DNA of 64,000 nt from Stegostoma tigrinum (lineage: Eukaryota), in contig NC_081369.1 of NCBI RefSeq assembly GCF_030684315.1, forward strand, positions 2,160,689 to 2,224,688, written 5' to 3'. The position numbers and the translations under genes are program-made. The notes under the pieces are model-generated. The model had not been told where the DNA came from, searched no databases, and was given only the letters and a program-made list of their open reading frames with translations. Position 1 is the first letter of the stretch. Each line of letters starts with the position of its first letter. Below, piece after piece: positions 27,283 through 38,779 of the stretch.

Positions 27283-27328
27283 ATGTTGGTGCTACCCTGG
27301 CTATTGGCTATGGAGGTTATTTACACAG
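27283..27328 (+). CDS. Gene A exon 1, signal peptide MLVLPWLLAMEVIYT(D)
   Basis: ATG followed by 15 mostly hydrophobic codons, then ACAG|GTATTT donor in phase 1, matching the phase-1 V exon acceptor. The 46-nt size is typical of IgSF leader exons. Confidence 0.65.
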
Positions 27329-30300
27329 GTATTTTCATTTGTTATGTTGTTGAGAGAAAAAATGCAACAGATGTTGAGAATCTATTTTTAATTCCAATTT
27401 TGTGTTTAAAACATTTTTGGTTATTGTTGAATGTATTTTCACTCGGAATTGCTATGCAAGATCTGAGATTAAAATGTGAGGATAAATGTAAGATTATGTC
27501 ATGAAATGTAAGATTCTGATAAATGACACCAGCACAATGAGATGGTAAGAACACCAAAGTGTTTTTCAACAAAGGATCGCGCCAGCTCCTTGATCAAAAC
27601 TGTTTGCATACTGTGCTTATGTCTGAGGATATTGTGGAGGTTTTACAGGCAAAATTATTAATTGTCTTTCCAAAATGCTGCATTAGCCTCACAGTTTCAT
27701 TTGACTGATGTGAAAAGTGAGCATGTCATAGAGTCATGGATTCATACATCACAGAAACAGATCGGTCCAACCAGTCTTTGCTGAACATAATCCCAAATTA
27801 AGGTAATCACACCTGCTTGCTCCTGGCCCATATCCCTCCACAACTTCCTATCATGTACTTATACAAATGCCTTTTAAACATTGTCATTGTACCCACTTCC
27901 ACCACTTCCTCAACAAATTAATTCCTCATGCAAACCACTGTAAAAAATTTGTCCCTTATGTATTTTTTAAATCTCTCACTTCTCACCTTAGTGTCCCTGA
28001 GTCTTGAAATTCCTTATCTTAGGGAAATGACAGTTACCATAAACTCTATCTACACCCCTCATTATTTTGTAAACTTCTATAAGGTTGCCTCACAACTTCG
28101 TACCCTCCAGTGAAAAGAGTCACAGCCTCTCCAGAGTTATAGGAACTGCAGATGCTGGAGAATCTGAGATAACAGGGTGTTGAGCCTTTCCAGCCTTTCT
28201 TTATAACTCAAACTTTCCACACCAGCAACATCCTAGTAAATCTCTTCTGAACACTTTCCATCTTAATAATATCCTTCCTGTAACTGGGCAACCAGGATTG
28301 GACACAGCATTCAAGACGAGGCCTCACCAATGTCCTGTCAAACCTCAACATGACTACCCAACTCAAAGACCTGAAGGTAAGCATGCTAAAAGCCTTTTTA
28401 ATCACCCTGTGTCTGTGTGGTACCTGCTGTAACTATACTCTTACAAGACAATTGCGGATGTCATTTTTGAAGAATTTTTTTGTGATAAATCTTAGTAAGT
28501 GCACAGCAATATAGTTTGCATGAACATGTCAGTGGATGTAAGTTGTGCACAAAGAGGCACACAGTTGAAACATAAAAATCAGGGCTTCAGTCGCAACAAT
28601 AACCAGGCTGATAAATATAATGTTATATAGACGCAAAGATTGTGATGACATTGATAAGAATAACCACATGGGAGTGCATATCTAGGATGTTCAACTGTGC
28701 AAAGCTATGATCTAGTTCATCTGACCACGAGTGCACTAAGATTATTTCTAAATTAATTTGCGTGTTAGGATATATGAAGGAGCTAATTCAACAATAAAAC
28801 CGAATGCAAAGCAATTCAAAGGCTTACCTGGGTGGCAGCAGCAACATGCCATTTGATATGCTCTTTCTCAAATGTACTCAACCTGATCACCTCGGTATAT
28901 GCAATTTAAAATGCATCATTATGTTCTGGGCTTCAGAAATGTTCGGTTTTAAGAATTACACGATATCGTATTGCGTGGCAATTGCATAATGGCATGGCAG
29001 ATATGAACTGTTAAAATAAAGTTGTTTTAGACAGCATATTTAGTGCTGGTAGTATTCAATTGCACTCAATTAATGCTCAAAGTATGTATTTGATCATCAG
29101 GAAACATTCCATAATCAACAAGTCAATGACAATTGCTGCATGATTTTTGGCTTCAGCATCACTAATTGCCGTTGCATTTATTTGGTTGCTGTCGATACAG
29201 ATGCTCAGATAAGGGTATCCCAAACTCCCAAATATGCCAACATAATCGCGGGTGGAACCGTTCATCTCTATTGTGCATTGCCTCTTTCCAATGAACCTTC
29301 AGATGTGAGCGTCTATTGGTGGAAACTCGGAAACAATCATTTTCTGCAGTCAAATGAAGGCAACAGAACACAATTTCTTCGTTTGAGGAAGGGTGAGGCA
29401 ACTTTACAGCTGCTGAATGTCAACCATGATGATTCTGGACTTTATTACTGTGGTGTGAGACATTCTGATAATCAAATTGTAAATGGGACTGGATCACAGC
29501 TTGTTATCTATGGTAAGTGGAATGTCCGCATCAAACTATTTCACAAACACACAGAAAATATGAAACCAAGCACATGTCTTCACTGTAAGATTTTATGGTT
29601 GTTCATATTTGGGTCTTCCAAGAGTTCAATTCATACCTTTTAGAATTTAGTTAAAATTCTTATTCATTATTTAATTTAATCAAGACACAGTCTGCTTCAA
29701 TTTACTTTTGAAATGAACAGGAACTAAATACAATATTTGACAAAGTGTCACAAAGTCACATAATTGCTGGATTTAAATAAACATGGTGTATTTTAGAGAG
29801 TGCAAATTTTTCACTGCCCACTGTAAATCTGCCACTGGAATGAAAATATTGTGAAAAAATCTTTATGTGTACGGTAAGTGAAATTGAAACCTCTATCTTT
29901 CTTACAGTAGAACTTTTATTTTAACTGCAGAGTCCTCTGCAACATTCCTGGTTCCATTTTTTTCCCTTTGTATGACGATGATGCTGCTTGTATTGTCAAA
30001 CCTGAGCCTTTTTATACCCTGATGAATAATTATTTCAAAACTGTTTTTGAAATCAAGTTTAGTGCATTTCTATCAGTATTTGTAAGCCAAAAGTAAATCT
30101 AATTTTGATTAATGTGTTTGGGATACTATTTAAAACAGTAATTTAAAAAAATTGATCATGCTTATAATTTTGTTTCTATTAAACATTTATACCTGCTACA
30201 TACAAAGAATTTCAACCTATGTTTATCATTCAATTATTTTAATTGAATAGTTGAAGGTGACTTCAACATTTTCTACATACTAACATAGGAACAGAGGAGC

Positions 30301-33300
30301 TGGAGGAGGATTTTCAGCATCTTGAGTCCACTCTGTCATGCCAGATCACAGTGATCATATTGGTCCATAGCATATTCACACAATATCGCCATGATGACAG
30401 CAGTAGCTCAAAATTGATAAATCTCTGCCTTGAACTTATTGAATGAAATCTGCAGCATTCTAGGGTAGAGAATTCCAAAGATTCATCACCATCTAAGTGA
30501 AGAAAATTCTTCCTCAACTCTGTCCTAAATGTTTTATTTATTTTAAAACTGTGGCACTTAGTTCTTCAGTCCATAACAAGGAGAAGCATCCCTGTTTTTG
30601 TCAGTTTCTACCAAGTCGCCTATCATTCTTTTTATCTCCAGAGAATTTAGGCTTAGTGTCCTTTATTTCTCCCCATAGGATGTTCCCACCTACCCAGGAA
30701 TTAGTCTGATTAAACTCCACTGCACTCACTTTATGGCAAGTATATCCTTACGCAAAGGAAACAGAACTCCACACAGTACAGTACTCAAGACTTGTTCTCA
30801 CCAGTGCTGAAAACAAAAAAAAAATTGCTGGCGATCACTACAGGTCAGACAGCATCCATGGAGATAAAACAAACTAACATTTCGAGCCTAGACAGCTCTT
30901 CATCAGGATTGAAGTGAAGTGTTTAGGGGGACAGTATGTATGCAATAGTGGGGGATTCGGAGAGGGTGTTGGAGTGCTGGGGGAAAAAGGATGTTGATCG
31001 TTCAGATTAAGTGACTGGAATGTGAGAATGGCAGAACATGTGTGGCAGAATGGCAGAATGGTGTTCTAACTGCCAGACTGGAAAGAACAGACAGTCCCAT
31101 TGGGTGGAGGTACAGGAGAGAGGACATGGTGACAGAGAATGTAACAAGAAACTCTAAAAGAAGGGAAGGAATGAGTTTATAATCTTTCAATTTATCTTTG
31201 TGGTTGCCTGTAATTAGTATCTGGAGCTGCACAGTGATGCAGCAGAAAATTGGCACCAGATAGCATAAGTGTTGCTGTTAGCAGTTTGTAGATAGTTAGG
31301 GGTCAGGAGGAAACATTAGTTCTGTTCTATGGAAATAACATTGGTGCTGAATTCAAGTCCGGGAGCTACTAACAGTTTATTGCATCTGCCAGTGAACATG
31401 AGGGATCTGAGATGTGTAATTTGAATGAAGCAGCTTGCTAACTAAAAAAAAGCTAGGAACTTCGACAAATTCAGCAACAGCTCATCAAAGATATGTGTTT
31501 AATAAAAACTGAGATTGTTCCAATGATTAGATGCATGCAAGCAAATGGGAATATTTCATCAGTCACTATATCCAAACCACAGATCATGAACGTTAGCGGT
31601 CCAAGCAGTGATGTGTGTGGTACAGTTCTTACTATGAACTTGTGAATTGTCTTTTTATTCATGTTCTCTATCTATATTATGAGCCGTTCTGCACACTTTA
31701 GCTACATTTAATAATCTTCCATGTGGGATTTCATCAAAAGCTTTCTGAAAATTGAAATACATCACGTTCAACAGTTTCACAGTCTTGATTCTGCCTGGAC
31801 TATTCTCAATAAACTCTATCAGGTTTGTAATACATGAGTCTGCCTCCTTTGATCTATGTTAACAGTGTCCAATCTCACCTCTATTGTCAAATTAATGGGC
31901 CTATTTTCACTCCACATTTTGTTTTAATTATCGGCTTTAAACCTAGAACCTTCTAACCTACATGCACTGTTGAAGAATTAATCGAAATTTTAAAGATGAT
32001 TATCTCTGTAGCCACCTCTTTCAACCCTCTAGGGTGAAGGTCATTGCCATAATTTGTCCATTATCTGTCCTATTAATTGGTCCAATGCTACTTTTTAAAA
32101 TTGATATTAATATATCTCAGTTCTGCATGGTCACTAGACTATCAGATCTTCGTTATTTCATTTCCTTTCTTAAGACAGACTAAAGCTTCTGACTTTGCAA
32201 TTCTATGATTCCTCTGTTCAAAATGATCTCTGTTTGTAATGGGCCTAAAATTGTTCTTTCTAATCTTTTCTTTTTAGGTACCACATCAAGAAGGTTTTAC
32301 AGACCATTTTTATTTTTCTTCTAATTTCAAATTCTTTATAAATCCTTTGGTTCTCCTTTACTGAAATCTAAAAACCCTTCATCCTTCACACTTGCAACTT
32401 GTTGTGACAACTTTATAAGCCTCATCCTTTGATAAAATATGATCTTTTTGCTTTTAATGTTCATTGTTAGCCCTGCCCCCTTCACTTCTTCTATTGAGTA
32501 ATTTTGACCCAAAAGGATATAAGTATTTTCTTAAGTCACTCATGATTACAATTTCCACATTTCCACAAGTACTGCCTTAAATTTGAGTTGCAGTTTATAT
32601 AAATCTCAAGACCTCTGTTGGAAATTCTTGCTGTTTCTTAGCTCCACAGATCCATCCTTTTTTTTACCTGAATGGATCCTTGTCATATACTCCTCACTAA
32701 TATTCTGAGTCCATCACTTACCTCAGCCCAACTCACCTCTGTACTTTTTTTTGCCTATTCCTCCTAAATGTCAAATGCGCTTTAACATTCAGCCTTTCAT
32801 TTTGGTCATTATGCAGTGGCGCCTTCATAATGACAATATATTATATCCCTTTATTTCAACAAACCCATAATTTCACCTTCCTGTTGTGAACACCGTGCAC
32901 TAATGATTTTGCACTGGTATTACTGACGATATTATCATAAATTTTCCCATGGTCTCTTTCTTTTTAAATCCTTTTATTAGTTACACATATTTTATATTCT
33001 TGTAGAATATTAGTTCTGTGTCTTCTATTTTCCACACAGACTGAACACTGAAATAAATCATAAAAGTTACCTATAAGTTAACAGACATAATTATTTTATA
33101 GTGTACTTTCATGTTGTTTGCATCAGTATCCAATTATCATCTCTACTTTCTTAAGTCCCATGCTTGATGGTGCAAAAGGAAAATCTTTGAACTGGTATCT
33201 CCTTTTAGCTATATGTAAAGTACTATGCCATTTGATATGTGTTAAGTTTTCATGTTGCATTGACCTTGATCTATCAGAAAATGAATAATTTTCAACATTT

Positions 33301-36300
33301 TTACTAAGTTTACATCTCTTCTGTAACTTTTTTTTAACAGTTCCCCCACGCCAACTGCATATTGATTGCCGCAAGACTGAACAGAATGCATCGACTTATC
33401 TGGTTCTCATTTGTGAAAGTGTTGAATTTTATCCAGGGAATATAAGTATCAGGTGGTACAAGAATGGTGTGAATGTTGACGATGGAATAAACACAGTTAT
33501 AAAGCTAAGTGCAAAAGGTCTGTTTGAATGTTCCAGCACTTTTGAAGAAAAAGAACCTGTCAAAGATAAGACTTTCTACACCTGCAAATTATCTTATCTC
33601 ACAATTGAAATGACCGCCACCTACCAATTTACTTCAACCAGCAATGAAGGTACAAATATATTTTTGTAACAAATGGAAAAGAATATCTGATGAATACATA
33701 TATGTAGTTAAACAGGTTAAATCTCAGAACTAATGGAAGCAATAGGGTCACTCATTCAAATTTTACATTGAATTCCACGTCTTGATTTTGCTTCAATTCA
33801 TGCTCAGCAAATCACCAACACTGGTGAAGCCAAGAATTACTTTCTGACCTCAGTCTCCTTTGAAAGCCTTGCAGGATATACTGTGTGAAGTTTTTTAATT
33901 TAGAATTATGTGCATTACAGTGCTGTCAAGCAGAAATGGCCCATTTTTTCAAATTCACTATTGACGATGGAATATGGAGATGTGTCTAATGGTTGATGGA
34001 CAATTAGGAGTAAGATATCAAATCATTATTTTCTGATATTTTCCATGCTCTTTTAAAAACACAACAATAGCTTTTCCATCTTTAATTGAACAATAACGTG
34101 GGTTAATTCAACGTTGCAAATTTATTTTTTAACAGTTTTCTTTGTAAAGCTGGGCTGCACTGTACTTTTATTATCATCTGGAAGGATTGGTACTAATTGA
34201 GGGCTGGAATACGCCTCTTGCAATGCCATACTGAGAATAATATTACAACATGCCAGAAATAAGTGTCAGTAACAATTGTATTTTCAGCTCCAGAATGTAC
34301 CTAGTTGATTCACAAAATATGATGCGTGATCTTGAAGAAATTTCAAAACACAATTCATTGTTGAAATGATGTATCGTTGTAATGTTAAAATGCAAGCATG
34401 ACCTCTTTGAATACTGTTCAGTGCTAGTATCTCTTTTTAAATTTGCAAAATTAAAATTTTATTGTTAGCATACATGATGCATATTAATATCACATATTAA
34501 AGCAGCACTTGAAATGGGTAGAAAAATGATTAACAACATACTTGGCAGTCCTTCGAAGCATTGCAGCCCCAGAAAATTTGGATACGTTTTCAAAATAACT
34601 GCAGGAGAATTGAGAAGTGGGAATGGACAATACTGTTTTACAACATAAATCTTATTTTTGATATTCATTTTACAGGAGATGACAGCATATTTTGGTACAT
34701 AAAGGTGTACGGATCAGCAGGAGGTGGAATCTTGATTTTATTGTTGCTAATAGTAATGTGGAGGAGATATCTTTTGACATCATGTAAAGGTACAAAATAG
34801 TTCAGTTGATTTCAGTTCCAAATGCTCCTTCATGTTCATTCATTAGGGAAGAACACTTTGGAAGGCACTAAGGTACTTTGATTGAGGTAGCTGCTCTCTA
34901 AAATCAGAATATTAAATGGGAAAAGTAAGCACATCAGTTTGTCTTGGAACCACAGGTGCAGAGTAACAGAGAATTAACAAATTGTGTCTTTATCAAGATT
35001 TCATCTTGAATATAAAATAGCACTTGGGATATTTAACAAAGAGTTGGTAGCTCTTCTGGCCAATGGAAAAGAGTTATCACCCAACTGATACTGGTATATG
35101 GTTAATTTCTTTTTAATCTAGTTGCTGCAAGTGAGACCTTACTATCCCCAATGAATTTCTGCACTTTTTTTTGCTAGATGTTCAAATCATATGAATAGAC
35201 TTTTAGTCATGGGTGTGGGCATCACTGGCTAGGCCAGCATTTATTATCCATCCCTAATTGCCTAGGCTGTAGATCAGTGTTAACTACTTTGCTGTGGGCC
35301 TGGAGTCACATGTAGACTAGACTAGGTAAGGGATGGGAGATTTCCTTCCCTGAAGGACATTTGTGAACCATTGGGTTATTCTGACAATCAACACTGGTTT
35401 CACGATCATCATTAGCATCCTAAGTTCAGATATTTGTTGAATTCAAATTCCAACATCTGTCATGGCAGGGCTTGATCCCAGGCCCCCAGAATATTACCAA
35501 GGTCTCCAGATTAATAGTCTAGCAATAATACCATCAGGCCATCACTTCCCCAGTAAGCTGCGTGATTTTGAATCAACCACACTCCTGTAATTCTATATGT
35601 AGGCCAGGAAATGTAAGAAAGATAGCTTTTCTTCTACTTACTATGGATTTTCATGTAAACCAGTTACAGTCACAATCACTGGAAGTGATTTTCAATTGAA
35701 TTTAAATTGCATCACCTGTGGTGGTGGGATTTGAATCCATAGTCACAGGACGAGAGACCTCAGGATCATTAGTCCAGATACATTGCCAGTACCCGAGTAT
35801 CCCACTTCTTTGAGCAATGGAAACAACAACAATTAATTGATTGTATTATTGAACACAATGTTGTACAGTGCTTTAAGCTTGTCTGAAACTGTTGTGGACT
35901 CGTGGAGAGTCACTTCAAAATACAATTAATGTTTACTACTTAATTCCAAATATTACAGGGATAGAGAATTTCACAGACCAAGCACCACACCCTGAAGATT
36001 CGGTACGTCATTTTGTCAATCTGTTGTGCTCTGTTATGAAAAATTTAATAGTTGTGACGGTAAATATGACATGCAATGATAGATACATTTATACTTGAGG
36101 TTGAAGTATGCTGTTTCACTCCTTCGGGGAAACTCTTTGAAATATATAAACTAACTACTTACTTCAGACTTCAATGAGAAAATTCAAAACGCCATGTTTT
36201 TCGTACAGGACCTTACTGCAGTCTTTGTATGTCATTGCAACTGATCCCATCAAATAGGATGTATATACAAATTTTGATGCAGTCAGTCACAAAATTGTTG

Positions 36301-38195
36301 CTATTAATATTCAAACCTGCACATGTGTGGACCAAGACGAAGTATGTCAATTTACTCAGTTATTGATCAGCCATTATGTTAATGATGAAATTTTCCAAGA
36401 ACTCAACAATTCAAAGCCTTCAGTCAGGCATTTGCCTCAGCACTATATTGAAACAATTCTTAGGAAAGTGATCAATAACAACTTTTGTGATTGTCTCAAA
36501 GGTACAATATCTCTTCATATCCTTTTTGGTCTGTCTGCAGAGTTGGATGTGATTGTCATCTGGCTGTTTTACCTTTTACCCACCTAGGTTTATTTGCTTG
36601 ATATAATTGTAATGCAGCGAGTCATCTCAAGCAACATATCTGTATTCTCAAGCAGCATTACTTCTTGTATCACAACAGACTTTGTCCTTATTGTGCATTT
36701 CCACTCATGACCCATCCAGGCCAGCAAAACATAGAGCTTGCTCCGATCTGTGCACCAGGCTGGCCATTTTTCTTCATCACTGTCAACTCAATCATTGGGC
36801 ATAAATGATCAGATTGATTTTCAGATACTCAGTGCTGAATGCGAAACATATTCATACCATTAAATTGTGGAAATAAATAAACAATGCCTTCCTTCTCAAC
36901 TACAAATTCTGGACTTCTGCAACCAAATCCAGTTTTTTACTGGCAGCTGGATAAGACTGTCATTAAACTTGGTGCTATATTTGTGCCCATGGTGATGTCC
37001 CCAAAGAAATATTCATAGCTCATCTGCTGCTGAAGCTCTCATCCACATTTCTGTTACTTCAAGACTTTTGTCATAACCATGTTCAGACATCCAAAGTTTC
37101 ATGTTATGTGAGGTCATCCAATGCTCTGCCACCACTTGTCTTTTTTTTGATGTTTCATTGAGCCGTCACTCCTGCAAAAACTGCACCCTCCCCCCCCACT
37201 ACCCCACATCCACTCCAAATTAAGCAATAATGTGGTTTTAATTTTTCAATGCCATTCTTTATTCTTACTTAACTCTATGTCTTTGCCACTGTCCGCTTTG
37301 ATACCTTCTTCAGCCTCCAAAACGCTCTGTCTAGATTTTAATTGTTCCAACATTGATGGCTATTTGTCAGACACAAGGAGAATTATGCTCTGTCCTTGTT
37401 CTAAACTCTCTGCTTCTTCAATTTGTTTTGAATTCTATGATAGTCCTTGAACCAGTGTTTTGCACTTTGTTTTCTCACATTAGTCTCAGTATTGCCTTAT
37501 GCTCAGTCTCATATCTTGCTTCTGTGAATTGCCTTCACCAATTTTACTGTTAAAGTTACTATTTAAATGTATACTTTTGTTACCTCATGTAAGCCTCCTG
37601 CAGGTTGCAAGACAGCTGTACTTTGAATCCAAACATGAATCGTATGCAAAATGAAAATTATGATATATCCTGTCCAAATAATATTTGTTTAAATGTGTAT
37701 GTGTTTGGGAATCTTAATCTTAAAGTTTACGTTAAACTTTCCAACTCTGGTTCACCTATAGAGGTTAGAGATAACAAAGTGTAGAGCTGGATGAACACAG
37801 CAGACCAAGCAGTATCAGAGGAGCAGGAAAGCTGACATTTTGGGCCTGGACCCTTTCTGAACCCGAAACATCAGCCTTCCTGCTCTTCTGATGCTGCTTG
37901 GTCTGCCTTCTTCTTCCAACTCTACACCTTGTTATCTCAGATTCTCCAGCATCGGCAGTTCCTACTATCCTTACTGTGGAGGTTGTTCAGGTTGGTGCAC
38001 ATGCTTTTATAAACAATGTCAAAATAAATGAGTAAACCAAATAACACACATTATTTTATGTTTAATGCTTTGTGTTTAATGCAGAGGGGAGGAAATGAAC
38101 TGTCGCTTTATGCATCATTGGCTTTAACACCATCAATGAAAATGGTCAGAGCCCAATATCAAGAGGAGTTGACTGAGTATGCTCAGGTATGCTGA
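27283..38195 (+). CDS. Gene A: spliced IgSF type I membrane receptor (leader-VJ-C1-TM-cytoplasmic ITIM+ITSM), 311 aa; non-rearranging antigen-receptor-like / SIRP- or NITR-like inhibitory receptor
   Basis: Six GT-AG exons with compatible phases (1,1,1,1,0): 27283-27328, 29201-29512, 33341-33649, 34676-34789, 35959-36002, 38085-38195. Total 936 nt, open from ATG to TGA. Confidence 0.85.
27725..28410 (-). mobile_element. CR1-type LINE 3' fragment in gene A intron 1
   Basis: Minus-strand LVRPRLECCVQSW..VQKRFTRM peptide. Confidence 0.75.
29201..29512 (+). CDS. Gene A exon 2, V-set Ig domain with in-exon J-like strand
   Basis: DAQIRVSQTP...VHLYC...VYWWK...ATLQLLNVNHDDSGLYYCGV...NGTGSQLVIY. Acceptor TACAG at 29200, donor G|GTAAGT at 29513. 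Confidence 0.93.
33341..33649 (+). CDS. Gene A exon 3, C1-set Ig domain
   Basis: VPPRQL...LVLICESVEFYPGNISIRWYKNG...GLFECSS...YTCKLSY. C1 hallmarks L-x-C-x(4)-FYP and W-x-K-N-G. Polypyrimidine acceptor ttttttttaacag, donor G|GTACAA. Confidence 0.92.
34676..34789 (+). CDS. Gene A exon 4, transmembrane segment
   Basis: GDDSIFWYIKVYGSAGGGILILLLLIVMWRRYLLTSCK, a hydrophobic run followed by RR stop-transfer. Acceptor ttttacag, donor G|GTACAA, phase 1/1. Confidence 0.88.
35959..36002 (+). CDS. Gene A exon 5, short cytoplasmic exon (GIENFTDQAPHPEDS)
   Basis: ttacag acceptor and TCG|GTACGT donor. Converts phase 1 to phase 0, as needed to join the ITIM exon in frame. Confidence 0.7.
37767..37970. 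mobile_element. Miniature fold-back remnant of Penelope termini in the last intron of gene A
   Basis: gagataacaaagtgtagagctggatgaacacagc... followed by its imperfect reverse complement ...ctctacaccttgttatctc. Similar short terminal remnants lie near 6720, 9172, 9925, 10840, 14200 and 39700. Confidence 0.7.
38085..38195 (+). CDS. Gene A exon 6, terminal cytoplasmic exon with ITIM and ITSM
   Basis: tgtgtttaatgcag|AGG..., translating RGGNELSLYASLALTPSMKMVRAQYQEELTEYAQVC*. Confidence 0.85.
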   Translation, partial: RGGNELSLYASLALTPSMKMVRAQYQEELTEYAQVC

Positions 38196-38773
38196 GAAAA
38201 GAATGAAAATGCAAATAAAGGCAAGAGGGAAAATACATTATTTGTGTAATGTTACTTTGCTCATTCCACATGCTAGGTTTCTGAACCTTGACCTTTTTTT
38301 TGACTGATAAGCCAATGTGAAAGTGTGCAAATGCTAGTTACGTTTCCTAACACCTGTGTTATAGATAAAGCAAAAAAAAATTGATTGTCATCCGACATAT
38401 GCTGCACAAGAATTGTTTGGATCCAAGAAAACAGAGAAGCCTAAGTTAGAGGATAAAATATCCAACCATGGTCAGCCACCAGGGAAAACCCAAAGAGTAA
38501 CAGAAGAGACTGTCTGCAATGAAGAGGAAGCCACCTAATGTTTCCAGCCATACAAGGCATGCAGATTTCTCATGGCAAATACAATAGCATGGATTTTTGC
38601 TCTAATTATGCAGCCAGTGCTTTAAAAGACACAATGTTTTAATGAAAATGTGTTAACTGCTGTCGATTTGCTTTGTAATTTGTAACTCAACTGTCATATT
38701 CATAAAGTTGACCTGTGGCAAATGTCTGTATGAACACAATTCTTTCATGTTGCAACCAATTTTACGATCCTTG

Positions 38774-38779
38774 AATAAA
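38774..38779 (+). terminator. Candidate polyadenylation signal of gene A
   Basis: AATAAA about 580 nt after the stop, followed by a T/GT-rich tract. A more proximal AATAAA lies at 38214-38219. Confidence 0.45.

Noticed and set aside
28847-28895. Alternative gene A leader MPFDMLFLKCTQPDHL(G|GTATAT)
   Set aside because: Phase-compatible but not hydrophobic. The exon at 27283 is a better signal peptide, though this one is not formally excluded.
29445-29452. TACTGTG cryptic heptamer at the YYC of both V exons (as in IgVH replacement)
   Set aside because: Fully explained by Tyr-Cys-Gly codons, with no supporting nonamer or upstream V array.
29140-29643. Track ORFs 29140-29643, 42426-42851 and 46842-47240 as standalone single-exon proteins
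   Set aside because: Their ends are intron read-through; canonical phase-1 splice sites bound the Ig domains.
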